Shown here one piece after another: positions 10,516 through 20,271 of a DNA stretch of 64,000 nt. Numbering within the stretch: position 1 is the first letter of the stretch; the number at the start of each line of letters is the position of its first letter. A program made the position numbers and the translations under genes. The stretch comes from an uncultured Atopobium sp. (GTDB lineage Bacteria > Actinomycetota > Coriobacteriia > Coriobacteriales > Atopobiaceae). Location: positions 18,549 through 82,548 of the forward strand of contig CAMXVQ010000002.1 of the NCBI GenBank assembly GCA_947252455.1, given 5' to 3'. The notes under the pieces are model-generated. The model did not search any database and was not told where the DNA came from. It saw only the letters and a program-made list of their open reading frames with translations.

Positions 10516-12081
10516 ATGGATCATATGGTTTTATTAGTTGTAGTTGGTGTCGTCTGTTTTGTCGTTGCGGCTTTGTGTGTTTATGCCTACCTTACTCAGG
10601 TGGGAACTTCCAAGCTTGAACAGGTAAAACGCGACATTTCAGCAGCAGAGCAAAATGCTAATCGTATTATTCGCGACGCCGAACGCGAAGCAAAAACTAC
10701 CAAGAAAACTGCGCTTGTAGAAGCAAAAGAAGAAATTTATCAGCTCAAACAAAAAGCAGAATCTGAAGAGAAGCAACGCAAGCGTGATTTGCAATCTATG
10801 GAAAATCGCATCATGCAACGCGAAGAAACACTTGATAGAAGAAGTGAAACCTTAGATAAAAAAGAGCATCAGCTCTCTAGTTTGCAAGGTCAGCTTGATC
10901 GCAAGAAACACGATGTAGATGAGTTGTTTGTAAAACAAACTACAGAACTAGAGAGAATTTCAACACTTACGCGTGATGAAGCTCACAATGAGTTGTTACA
11001 AAAAGTTCGTGAAAGCACGCTTAAAGAAGAAGCTCAGATTATTCGTGACTCCGAAGCACGTATTAAGTTTCAAACAGATAAAATGGCGCGTGAGATCATC
11101 TCTGTTGCAATTCAGCGTTGTGCCGCTGATCAAGCTGGTGAAATTACGGTAACAACCGTTCACATACCATCAGATGATCTAAAAGGTCGTATTATTGGAC
11201 GCGAAGGACGCAATATTAGAACATTTGAACAGATTTCAGGCGTTTCTCTTGTTATCGATGACACACCTGAAACTGTTGTCCTTTCTAGTTTTAGTCCCGT
11301 CCGCCGTGAAATTGCACGCGTTACTTTAGAGAATTTAATTGCCGATGGCCGCATTCATCCTGCGCGTATTGAAGAAATGTTTAAAAAAGCTCAAAGTCAG
11401 GTTCGCGAGCAGGTTCAAGAAGCTGGTGAGCAAGCTGCGTTTGATGTGGGTATTCATGATATGCATCCCGAGCTTATGCGCGTGTTAGGTGCACTTAAGT
11501 ATCGTACGTCGTTTGGTCAAAATGTTTTGCAGCACTGTGTTCAGGTTGGAATTTTGTGCGGCATTATGGCTTCAGAACTTGGTTTTGAAACAGGTCCTGC
11601 AAAGCGTGCTGGATTATTGCATGACATTGGTAAGGCCATAGATCATGAGGTTGAAGGACCGCACGCCGTTATTGGTGCTGAGCTTTGCAGACGCTATGGC
11701 GAAAAGCCTGAAGTTGTGCATGCTGTTGAAGCTCACCATGCAGATATCGAACCTACAACGGTGCTCGATGTTTTAGTTCAAGCTGCAGATGCTATTTCTG
11801 CTGCACGTCCAGGCGCTCGTCGTGAGTCGGCTGAAAATTATATTAAACGTCTTGAAAAACTTGAAGAGATTTCTAATGCCCATGAAGGCGTTGCTCGTAC
11901 CTATGCTATGCAAGCAGGTAGAGAACTCCATGTTATGGTTGAACCTGAAAAAATCTCTGACGCTGCGGCTACTGTTCTTGCTCATGATATTGCAAAACAG
12001 ATTGAAGAAGAGATGGAATATCCCGGACAGGTTCGCGTGGTTGTTATTCGTGAATCACGTGCATATGATATTGCAAAATAA
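10516..12081 (+). CDS. rny: ribonuclease Y
   Basis: 521 aa. N-terminal transmembrane helix, coiled coil, KH domain (GRIIGREGRNIR) and HD domain (HDIGK...HH). GAGGAG Shine-Dalgarno. Confidence 0.92.
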   Translation: MDHMVLLVVVGVVCFVVAALCVYAYLTQVGTSKLEQVKRDISAAEQNANRIIRDAEREAKTTKKTALVEAKEEIYQLKQKAESEEKQRKRDLQSMENRIMQREETLDRRSETLDKKEHQLSSLQGQLDRKKHDVDELFVKQTTELERISTLTRDEAHNELLQKVRESTLKEEAQIIRDSEARIKFQTDKMAREIISVAIQRCAADQAGEITVTTVHIPSDDLKGRIIGREGRNIRTFEQISGVSLVIDDTPETVVLSSFSPVRREIARVTLENLIADGRIHPARIEEMFKKAQSQVREQVQEAGEQAAFDVGIHDMHPELMRVLGALKYRTSFGQNVLQHCVQVGILCGIMASELGFETGPAKRAGLLHDIGKAIDHEVEGPHAVIGAELCRRYGEKPEVVHAVEAHHADIEPTTVLDVLVQAADAISAARPGARRESAENYIKRLEKLEEISNAHEGVARTYAMQAGRELHVMVEPEKISDAAATVLAHDIAKQIEEEMEYPGQVRVVVIRESRAYDIAK

Positions 12082-12180
12082 AACTTGGCGCGGCGCATCT
12101 GCCGCGCCACTCGTTTATCCTTCTTTTTTACATCCTAACCTGCTCATACGTCAAAAACGTTGTGAAAACTGAGTGTTATT

Positions 12181-13311
12181 ATGAGTGAATCACATAAAGA
12201 TATGAAAGATTTTCTCGATAGCGTAGCCCCACAAAGCAATCTTCGTGTTGAAGAAAAGCTTGGGTGTGGTTTTGTTCGGCTACGTATTAGAGAAGCAGAG
12301 CGCAGGCAAGCCCAACAGGATATTCGTTGTGTAGAAGATATTGTTATTGAGCTTCTTCGTAACAGTCGTGATGCTGGTGCTCATCATATTTTTGTTGCCA
12401 CCACCAAACAGGATGCTATACGTACCATAACTGTCTTAGATGATGGGGCGGGCATTCCGCAATCCATGCATGACAAGATTTTTGAAGCCCGCGTTACCTC
12501 CAAGCTCGATAGCGTTCACAGTGATCACTGGGGGATTCATGGTAGAGGAATGGCGCTTTACGCCATCAAAGAGCAAGCACAACAAGCTTATGTTGCATCT
12601 TCTCTGCCAGGTCTTGGCACGGCACTTGTCGTACGGGTTAACACCGATAAAGTTACCGAAAAGCGCGATCAATCAAGTCGGCCGCTCTATCATGCACTTA
12701 AACAAGATTCGGGCGATACCCAATCTAAAACTCAAATCAAACAAGCAACCACATCTGATTTTGAACTGGTAGGGCCGCATAATATTATTCGCACCTGCTG
12801 TGATTTTGCCCTTCGTGAGTCAAAAAATTGTGAAGTATATTTAGGGACACCTACCGAAATCATTGCTACGTTCTATGCATTAGTCTCAAAACGCACGGAT
12901 GTACAAGACTTTTTGTTTGCTGATAGTTTAGATTCTCTTCCCATTATTGATCGTTTTTTTGCCGCAAGCGATTCACATGAGCTTATGGATGTGGCCCATC
13001 ATTGTGCACTTGAAGTATCAGAACGAAATATACATCGCATTTTATCTGGACATATTAAGCCATTAAAATCACTTTGTTCGTATTTTCGTAAAACTTATCA
13101 AAGTACTCCTGCGCCCGTTAACATCTATGACACCAAACGTACTGTACACTTAACGCCAGAGGATAAAGCCTTGTTTGCGCGCAATTTGTCTTCAACGTTT
13201 GATAAGCTAGCGCAAAAATACTACATTGGCTTGGTGCATGAGCCGTCAATCGTTATGCGGAATAATAAGATTATTGTTACGTTTGACTACGACGAATCAG
13301 ATTTCGTATAA
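12181..13311 (+). CDS. uncharacterised protein with an N-terminal GHKL (histidine-kinase/anti-sigma-factor-like) ATPase domain
   Basis: N-box ELLRNSRDAGAHH, G1 box VLDDGAGIP and G2 box GIHGRGMALY, all read from the translation. The roughly 200-aa C-terminal region has no motifs I recognise. The Shine-Dalgarno is weak. Confidence 0.5.
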   Translation: MSESHKDMKDFLDSVAPQSNLRVEEKLGCGFVRLRIREAERRQAQQDIRCVEDIVIELLRNSRDAGAHHIFVATTKQDAIRTITVLDDGAGIPQSMHDKIFEARVTSKLDSVHSDHWGIHGRGMALYAIKEQAQQAYVASSLPGLGTALVVRVNTDKVTEKRDQSSRPLYHALKQDSGDTQSKTQIKQATTSDFELVGPHNIIRTCCDFALRESKNCEVYLGTPTEIIATFYALVSKRTDVQDFLFADSLDSLPIIDRFFAASDSHELMDVAHHCALEVSERNIHRILSGHIKPLKSLCSYFRKTYQSTPAPVNIYDTKRTVHLTPEDKALFARNLSSTFDKLAQKYYIGLVHEPSIVMRNNKIIVTFDYDESDFV

Positions 13312-13403
13312 TTTTGAAATATATCGTGCATTACCTGCTTAAATTCGCTAAACTACTATACGTGTGTTTATAGTTTATTTGATGTATAAATGGAGTCTCA
13401 ACT

Positions 13404-13688
13404 ATGGAATTTCTTAAGATCTCAACCAAATCGTCTCCTGCTTCTATTGCAGGCGCCATAGCAGGCATGGTAAAAGATGGTGTTCCTGTAAATCTGCAGG
13501 CAGTTGGTGCGGGAGCAGTTAATCAAGCAATTAAAGCAGTAGCAATTGCACGAGGTTTTTTAATTCCTGTTGGTCTAGATATTTCATGTTCTCCTACCTT
13601 TGCAGATATTAACATAGAAGGTCACGATCGCACCGCTATAAAAATTGCCGTTTTGGTGCACCATATATCACAAAATACTACACTTTAA
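13404..13688 (+). CDS. spoVS: SpoVS-family protein (stage V sporulation protein S homolog)
   Basis: 94 aa, alignable along its length to SpoVS (KISTKSSPASIAGAIAG...GAGAVNQAIKAVAIARGF). TGGAG Shine-Dalgarno. Confidence 0.8.
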   Translation: MEFLKISTKSSPASIAGAIAGMVKDGVPVNLQAVGAGAVNQAIKAVAIARGFLIPVGLDISCSPTFADINIEGHDRTAIKIAVLVHHISQNTTL

Positions 13689-13808
13689 CAATCAAGTATT
13701 GACGCGCCTTATAGCCGAGCAATATATTTTGAGCAAAATTATAGTTGCTCGATGATGTTCACTATCACATTATGTTACAAACACATGTAACGAGTCTTCA
13801 AAGCTTCA

Positions 13809-15191
13809 ATGGAAAGGATTTTTGTGGCTAGAGCAAGCAAATTAGTTGGGAAAACGTATCTTATCAAAACCTTTGGTTGTCAGATGAACCTTCATGACTC
13901 TGAGCGTGTTGCCGGTCTTTTAGACGATTGTGGAGCAAATGAAGTCGCCACGTTTGAAGAAGCTGATATCGTTATTTTTATGACCTGCTCTGTTAGAGAA
14001 AAAGCCGATACACATTTGTATGGCGCAGTTTCTAATTTGGTAACGCTTCCACCTTCACCTTGCGGCAAACGCGTAATTGCTGTTGGAGGTTGTATTGCTC
14101 AGCGTGACGGTGCTAAGCTACGTGAACATGTCCCAAATGTTGATGTAGTCTTTGGAACCTCTGCGCTTGCAAGCGTGCCCGAGCTTTTATGCGAAGCCTT
14201 TGAAAGCAACGATGACGAAGTATTTGTAGACACCATTGAGCAAAATCGCGGATTTTCAACTGATCTACCTTCAAAACGCGACCAAAGCTTTCATGCGTGG
14301 GTGCCTATTATGACCGGCTGCAATAATTTCTGTACATTTTGTATTGTGCCATATGTACGTGGCCGTGAACGTAGCCGTGTTCTTGAACGCGTTGTTGATG
14401 AAGTTCGTCGTCTTAAAGATGATGGAGTTCGTGAAGTAACGCTTCTTGGACAAAATGTTAATTCCTATGGTAGAGATCTTTACAAAAAACCTTGTTTTGC
14501 AGAGCTTTTAAGAAAAGTGGGGGAGGTAGGCATCGAGCGTATTCGCTTTACGTCTTCTAATCCTAAGGATCTTTCTGACGAAACGATCGCAGCTATGGCC
14601 GAAACACCTGCTGTTATGCCACAGCTTCACCTAGCAGTTCAGAGTGGATCAACTCGTATACTTAAAGCTATGCACCGAAGCTATACCCGTGAGAAGTATT
14701 TAGAGGTTATTGACCATCTCAAGAGCGCAATGCCCGATATTGCACTTTCAACTGATATTATCGTTGGCTTTCCAGGAGAGACCGAAGAAGACTTCGAAGA
14801 AACCTTATCACTTGTGCGTGAAGTTGAATACAGTTCTGCGTTTACATTTATCTATTCAAAACGTCCTGGCACACCTGCCGCAAACATAGAAGATACAACG
14901 CCACATGAGGTTATTCAGCAACGTTTTAATCGCTTAACAGATCTTATTGAAGAGCTTGCTTATAAAGCAAATCAAAAGGAACTGCATACCTTTGTTACCT
15001 CGCTTGTTGAAGGTACATCAAAAAAGGATTCCCACGTTTTGGTTGGTCATAGTCCAAAAAATCAAACAGTTCTTTTCTCGCTTCCCGAAGACGCCTCACC
15101 TCAAGACTATATTGGCAAAATGTGCGATGTCTATGTTGAAGAGGCAAAAACGTGGTATTTGCGCGGTAAACTCACAGGTCAGCCTAGGTGA
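13809..15191 (+). CDS. miaB: tRNA i6A37 methylthiotransferase MiaB (radical SAM)
   Basis: 460 aa. N-terminal MTTase domain (TFGCQMN), the radical-SAM motif CNNFCTFC, and a TRAM domain. Confidence 0.9.
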   Translation: MERIFVARASKLVGKTYLIKTFGCQMNLHDSERVAGLLDDCGANEVATFEEADIVIFMTCSVREKADTHLYGAVSNLVTLPPSPCGKRVIAVGGCIAQRDGAKLREHVPNVDVVFGTSALASVPELLCEAFESNDDEVFVDTIEQNRGFSTDLPSKRDQSFHAWVPIMTGCNNFCTFCIVPYVRGRERSRVLERVVDEVRRLKDDGVREVTLLGQNVNSYGRDLYKKPCFAELLRKVGEVGIERIRFTSSNPKDLSDETIAAMAETPAVMPQLHLAVQSGSTRILKAMHRSYTREKYLEVIDHLKSAMPDIALSTDIIVGFPGETEEDFEETLSLVREVEYSSAFTFIYSKRPGTPAANIEDTTPHEVIQQRFNRLTDLIEELAYKANQKELHTFVTSLVEGTSKKDSHVLVGHSPKNQTVLFSLPEDASPQDYIGKMCDVYVEEAKTWYLRGKLTGQPR

Positions 15192-15197
15192 TGATCC

Positions 15198-16115
15198 ATG
15201 GCGGCTCCCATTATTGCCATTGTTGGCCCAACTGCCTCAGGTAAATCATCACTGGCCGATGCGCTTGCGCTCCATTATAATACCCATGTTATATCTGTTG
15301 ATGCACTACAAATATATAAGGGTATGAATATCGGCGTTGCCAAACTGCCGCCAGAAGAGCGCAAAGCTAAGCTTGATATGGTTGACTGTGCCGAGCTTGA
15401 AGAAACATATTCAGTCCAACGTTTCCAACTTGAGGCGCGCACGTGTGTGGAGTCGCTTCGTGCAAATCATAAACAGGTAATTTTATGTGGAGGAACAGGG
15501 CTTTATCTCAATGCAGTTATAGATGATATGCACTTTCCTCAAGGCTCTTTTGAAAATCCTCAAAGACACTACTATGAATCTCTCGTTGAGGTTGAGGGTT
15601 CTGATTTTGTTTTTAAGCTTTTATGCAAACGCGACCCAGCATCTGCTGCACTCATTCATCCTCATAATGTTCGTCGTGTTATTCGCGCGCTTGAAATGCT
15701 CGATGATGGTATTTCCTACGCTGAACATGTAAAGGGATTACAGCGTTTGAAACCATTCTATACGGCACGTATATATGGACTTTCCTGGCCTCGTGAAGAG
15801 CTGTACAGCCGTATTGAAAAGCGTGTTGACGCTATGATTGAACAAGGCCTTGTTGATGAAGTGGTTCGTCTCAAAGCACGTGGGCTCCAGCAGAGCAAAA
15901 CTGCATCGCAAGCAATAGGCTATCAAGAGATTTTGTCCTATTTAGACGGAACTTATTCACTTGAAATGGCTGTTGACCTGATAAAACGCCGTACGCGTCA
16001 TTATGCAAAGCGCCAAATCTCGTGGTTTTCCCGTGATCCGCGAGTTGAGTGGCTCGATTGTACAACGCAATCTTTAGATGATATGTGTCACAAAATTATT
16101 AACGATATAAGCTAA
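15198..16115 (+). CDS. miaA: tRNA dimethylallyltransferase
   Basis: 305 aa with the P-loop GPTASGKS and MiaA similarity. It follows miaB after a 6-nt gap. Confidence 0.9.
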   Translation: MAAPIIAIVGPTASGKSSLADALALHYNTHVISVDALQIYKGMNIGVAKLPPEERKAKLDMVDCAELEETYSVQRFQLEARTCVESLRANHKQVILCGGTGLYLNAVIDDMHFPQGSFENPQRHYYESLVEVEGSDFVFKLLCKRDPASAALIHPHNVRRVIRALEMLDDGISYAEHVKGLQRLKPFYTARIYGLSWPREELYSRIEKRVDAMIEQGLVDEVVRLKARGLQQSKTASQAIGYQEILSYLDGTYSLEMAVDLIKRRTRHYAKRQISWFSRDPRVEWLDCTTQSLDDMCHKIINDIS

Positions 16116-16124
16116 GAAGATTAT

Positions 16125-17510
16125 ATGGCTCGATTTTCATTTTATAACCCACATGAAAACAGTTCGCGCGCTCTTGTTGTTGCAGTTGAAACACCATCGG
16201 CTGCCTGTGATTTTACGACGCAAGAAAGTTTATCAGAACTTTCACATTTGGCAGAAACACTTAACATTACAACTGTTGGTAAGCTTGTCCAAAAACTTGA
16301 TGTGCCTGTACACTCAACCTATATTGGTTCAGGTAAATTGCTCGAGCTTAAACATATGGCACAATCATTAATGTGCGATTTTATAATTTTTGATGATGAA
16401 CTAAGCCCGTCTCAACAAAGTAATATTTGCCATGCTGTTGGAAAATCGTTTCAAGTTATTGATCGCTGTTCGCTTATCTTAGATATTTTTGCAGCTCATG
16501 CCACTACTAAGGAAGGCAAACTTCAAGTTAAGCTTGCGCATATGCAATATATGCTTCCTCGCCTTAAAGGAATGTGGAGCCATCTATTAGGCGAACAAAC
16601 CCGTGGTGGTATAGGATCACGGTTTGGTCAAGGGGAAAGCCAGCTCGAAATCGATAGACGCCTTTCACGCGAAAAAATAGCCCACGTTAAACAGCGGCTC
16701 ACGGCTTTAGAGACCCAACGCAACGTTCAACGCAGCATTCGATCATCTTCACCTTTGTATAAAATTGCACTCGTAGGGTACACGAATGCAGGTAAATCTA
16801 CCTTGCTCAACCGTATAAGTCATTCTTCAACCTACGTAAAAGATGAATTATTTGCAACTTTAGACTCAACAACACGTTCGATTACCCTTCCTGACACTCG
16901 TCGTGCAGTACTGAGCGATACGGTAGGCTTTATACAAAAATTACCCACTGAACTTATAGATGCATTCAAATCTACCTTGCTTGATGTTGTTTCAGCCGAT
17001 CTCCTACTGTGCGTTGTAGATGTTTCATCTGCTCATGCAGAAAAAGAAATGAATGTGGTTCTCTCTATTCTCAACGACATTGGTGCAGGCTCAATCCCAT
17101 ATCTTATAGTGGCTAATAAAATCGATCGTATTGCATCAAACTCTTATGCTCAAGCAAGCGAGCATGAAGTGTCTCCATGTGTAGAGAATCTCACTCCTTC
17201 AGATTCATCTAGTGCCCACACGCAGCCCAACGAGCTCGCATTATTCAATTCAATAGACCCCACTAATATCGCTTATATTTCTGCCGAAACAGGACAGGGG
17301 ATAGAAACACTATTACAAATGATTTCTCATAAACTTATGAGCCAAGAGACGTATATGGTTTTACATGTTGCGTACAAGGATTCTTCGTTTATTCCGTTAA
17401 TTCATACGTATGGCAGAGTAGTACATGAAACGTATGACGAACAAGGTACTCAGCTTTGCGTATATGTTCCTCATAAGCTTGTGGAGCGGCTTAAACCTTT
17501 TGAATTGTAA
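16125..17510 (+). CDS. hflX: GTPase HflX
   Basis: 461 aa. HflX N-domain and GTPase motifs (GYTNAGKST, DTVGF, NKID). Confidence 0.9.
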   Translation: MARFSFYNPHENSSRALVVAVETPSAACDFTTQESLSELSHLAETLNITTVGKLVQKLDVPVHSTYIGSGKLLELKHMAQSLMCDFIIFDDELSPSQQSNICHAVGKSFQVIDRCSLILDIFAAHATTKEGKLQVKLAHMQYMLPRLKGMWSHLLGEQTRGGIGSRFGQGESQLEIDRRLSREKIAHVKQRLTALETQRNVQRSIRSSSPLYKIALVGYTNAGKSTLLNRISHSSTYVKDELFATLDSTTRSITLPDTRRAVLSDTVGFIQKLPTELIDAFKSTLLDVVSADLLLCVVDVSSAHAEKEMNVVLSILNDIGAGSIPYLIVANKIDRIASNSYAQASEHEVSPCVENLTPSDSSSAHTQPNELALFNSIDPTNIAYISAETGQGIETLLQMISHKLMSQETYMVLHVAYKDSSFIPLIHTYGRVVHETYDEQGTQLCVYVPHKLVERLKPFEL

Positions 17511-17514
17511 GTTT

Positions 17515-18393
17515 TTATGCGCTCCGACTCATACATAAAAATATAAGGACACATAAAAGCGGTTGATGAAGCACATATATTTGTAACGAGTGCCTTCCCA
17601 TGAGTGCAAGAACATTTTTAACAAATGCTAAACCGTAAAAAAGCAACGCACGAGGGGAGCAATGAGTAAGCGTAACTGACTCTTTGCACCTCCGCGCCGT
17701 TTGTAAGGTCATCATATACGGTTTGCTTAACCATCCTGCTAAAGCACCACCACTATATAAGAACAGATACGGAAAAATGGGGTAGTAATCACCTGATTGA
17801 AAGTAGCTCGGAGCAAACCCAAATGCTGCTGTAAGGTATGAGGAATATAGACGTGCAGGTAAACGCCACGTATACTGAAAGAAGCTTATATATCCATGCG
17901 GTATATGATACGTGATTCCAAAGAGGCCAAGCATAACACAAAGCAAAATAAACGTACCTACTTTGCCCGTAAACGAAGGCACAACTGTGCTCAGTTTTAC
18001 GAATGCAGCTGTTTTAACAACACGTAAAAGCATGTATGAAACAAGCGTAACAACAGTTGTTGACATACCTAAACAAAAAATTATGCCAAAATTGATAGGA
18101 ATATCCACAGCCACTAAAGTTGTAACTACATAAATCAAGAAAGCACATACAAGATAGACAACACAGCGTTTAATCTTATGCATTGAGTATGAGCACATCA
18201 TACCTGCAAGAAAAATAAACACCCATGCGATACTGTTACGCCATAGATCAATATAGGGAGAAACAAACCAGGTAAGCGATACACCATACAGCGATACCAG
18301 GTCATAACACGCATGAAAGGCAATCATAGATACAAGTGAAAAGCCTCGTATTACATCAAAAGCTTCTGTGCGTTGAGACCCATACACGCGCAC
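17515..18393 (-). CDS. polytopic membrane protein, DUF1624/acyltransferase-like (about 8 TM helices)
   Basis: The N-terminus carries the DVIRG motif typical of HGSNAT/DUF1624 proteins, followed by multiple hydrophobic helices. GTG start 5 nt downstream of the lexA stop, on the same strand. Confidence 0.5.
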   Translation of the reverse strand: MRVYGSQRTEAFDVIRGFSLVSMIAFHACYDLVSLYGVSLTWFVSPYIDLWRNSIAWVFIFLAGMMCSYSMHKIKRCVVYLVCAFLIYVVTTLVAVDIPINFGIIFCLGMSTTVVTLVSYMLLRVVKTAAFVKLSTVVPSFTGKVGTFILLCVMLGLFGITYHIPHGYISFFQYTWRLPARLYSSYLTAAFGFAPSYFQSGDYYPIFPYLFLYSGGALAGWLSKPYMMTLQTARRCKESVTLTHCSPRALLFYGLAFVKNVLALMGRHSLQIYVLHQPLLCVLIFLCMSRSA

Positions 18394-18398
18394 GCCCT

Positions 18399-19043
18399 TT
18401 ATGAAACAACCGCTCTGAACAAACCTGTTACCTTACCAATAATTGTTGGATGTTTAGCAATAATAGGCTTCATTGTATCGTTTTCTGGTTGTAGGCGAAT
18501 ATAGCTGCTTTCTTTAAAGAAACGCTTTACCGTGCATTCATTATCAATCATCGCAATGACAATTTCGCCGTTACGTGCATCATGCTGTTCTTTTACAACA
18601 ACATAATCGCCGTCAAAAATACCAGCGTTAATCATAGACTCGCCTTGAACTTTAAGGATAAACGAACTTGAATCTGAGCTTATAGAAGTAGGAACCGCAA
18701 GATGATCTTCGATATTTTGTTCTGCAAGAATAGGTACACCGGCAGCTACACGACCAACAACAGGAAGAATAGTTACATTAAGCTCAACATTGTCCTTTTC
18801 AACACGATGTTGTTCACCTTCGTCTTGTACAAGCTTGGGAAGCACAAGTGCACGTGGTTTTTTAGGATCTCTACGAATGTAACCAAGATCCTGCAGGGCG
18901 TGCAAATGCATGTGCACGGTAGAGGGAGAGGCTAATCCAACCGCTTCTCCGATTTCTCGCACTGAAGGTGGATAACCATGCTCTGAAACATAGGAACACA
19001 GATAGGAATAAATTTGCTCTTGTCGTTTTCCAAGTTTTCTCAT
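18399..19043 (-). CDS. lexA: SOS repressor LexA
   Basis: 214 aa. N-terminal winged HTH, the AG cleavage site context, and the S24 peptidase Ser/Lys motifs (GESM, KRF). AGAGGAG Shine-Dalgarno. Confidence 0.92.
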   Translation of the reverse strand: MRKLGKRQEQIYSYLCSYVSEHGYPPSVREIGEAVGLASPSTVHMHLHALQDLGYIRRDPKKPRALVLPKLVQDEGEQHRVEKDNVELNVTILPVVGRVAAGVPILAEQNIEDHLAVPTSISSDSSSFILKVQGESMINAGIFDGDYVVVKEQHDARNGEIVIAMIDNECTVKRFFKESSYIRLQPENDTMKPIIAKHPTIIGKVTGLFRAVVS

Positions 19044-19099
19044 AGAACACGCTCCTCTTTTTGTAGTTAATTTAGTATAGCATGAACATTTTTAAATTA

Positions 19100-19113
19100 C
19101 AAACATATGTTCT
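19100..19113. promoter_or_regulatory. candidate LexA box CAAACATATGTTCT in the lexA promoter region
   Basis: An AAAC-N4-GTTC palindrome, one mismatch from GAAC-N4-GTTC. It lies 57 nt upstream of the lexA ATG and 157 nt upstream of the divergent gene. A further GAACAT half-site lies at 19084-19089. Confidence 0.45.
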
Positions 19114-19269
19114 TAATTTTTATAAAATTATTTTTACCATACTGATCACAAACTTTTCCTCGTCTATATCCTATAAATCATTTTACGTAATGACTTTACT
19201 ACCTGCGATTTTAATTAATGTCCGTGGCCTCGTGTATATATAAGTTAAGAAAAAAAGAAAGGACAAAAG

Positions 19270-19632
19270 ATGAGCATGCACACAACCGATTTAACAGAGA
19301 AAAACTTTCACGACCTCAAACGTATTAAGGCACAGCAATTATCTTGGAGCTTAACAATTCTGTTTTCTTTTGTATTTATCACAAGTTTTCTTATCAGCGC
19401 TTTAAGCACCAACTATCGATTAGCCCATGATTCCACGCTTCTCAAAGCAAGTATTCCTTCGGCTACAATTGTCCAAAAAGGAGAAGGAATCGACTCACTA
19501 GTTAATGAGTCTAACCTCAAGTGCATTGAGCGCTCGGCAATTGAATCCTGGATCATTTCATACAATAATTTAGAAGGTTTTCGTCTACGCGAAGGTCAAC
19601 TCATATATATACCAATGCAATTTTCCAACTAA
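19270..19632 (+). CDS. small single-TM protein with a degenerate C-terminal LysM-like domain (candidate YneA/ChiZ-type SOS cell-division inhibitor)
   Basis: 120 aa with one TM helix (WSLTILFSFVFITSFLISAL). The C-terminal segment GIDSLVNES...NNLEGFRLREGQLIYIP fits the LysM pattern. It is divergent from lexA, and the candidate LexA box lies between them. Good Shine-Dalgarno. Confidence 0.5.
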   Translation: MSMHTTDLTEKNFHDLKRIKAQQLSWSLTILFSFVFITSFLISALSTNYRLAHDSTLLKASIPSATIVQKGEGIDSLVNESNLKCIERSAIESWIISYNNLEGFRLREGQLIYIPMQFSN

Positions 19633-19818
19633 AATATTCATTGACTCATCCATATTATTATCTGTACATGCAATAATGTCTAAAACCATACACAAGAACA
19701 TACAGTTTCATGAATTGTTTCGAGATTGTTTACGCTTAGAGTCAAAATGATTACCTCTGTAGGTGATAAACCGTTATTATGTTACATTGATATCGGAGTT
19801 TTAATCGTTAGGAGTTGT

Positions 19819-20271
19819 ATGCACTGCCCAAAATGTGGATGTGATGTATCTAAAGTTGTAGACTCCCGTTCCTCTGAAGGAAACGATGCAATTCGTCGTC
19901 GTCGCGAATGCATAGGTTGCCAAACGCGTTTTACAACCTATGAACGACGTGAGGAAATGCCCATTCTTGTTATTAAGAAAGATGGCACCAAGGAACCTTT
20001 TAGTCATGAAAAGTTGCGTCGTGGTCTTGTAGCGGCAACTATTAAACGTTCCATCGATCTTAATCGCATCAATCAGCTCATTGATTCTATAGAAACTGAA
20101 CTACGTGATAACGGAAAAACAGAAATCACGTCACAAGAAATTGGTATGCGCGTTCTTCAAAAACTTATTGATATAGATAAAGTTGCTTACGTACGTTTTG
20201 CTTCGGTATATAGAGATTTTAAAGATGTCGAAGAATTCAGCGAAGAGTTAAGGAGTTTATCAAATGAATAA
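19819..20271 (+). CDS. nrdR: transcriptional repressor NrdR
   Basis: Zinc ribbon (MHCPKCG...CIGC) plus ATP-cone domain. I set the start at the ATG at 19819, which has an AGGAG Shine-Dalgarno. The longer ORF from 19726 is not supported. Confidence 0.9.
   Translation: MHCPKCGCDVSKVVDSRSSEGNDAIRRRRECIGCQTRFTTYERREEMPILVIKKDGTKEPFSHEKLRRGLVAATIKRSIDLNRINQLIDSIETELRDNGKTEITSQEIGMRVLQKLIDIDKVAYVRFASVYRDFKDVEEFSEELRSLSNE

Noticed and set aside
14947-15327. 126-aa ORF spanning the miaB-miaA junction
   Set aside because: An out-of-frame overlap of two well-supported genes.
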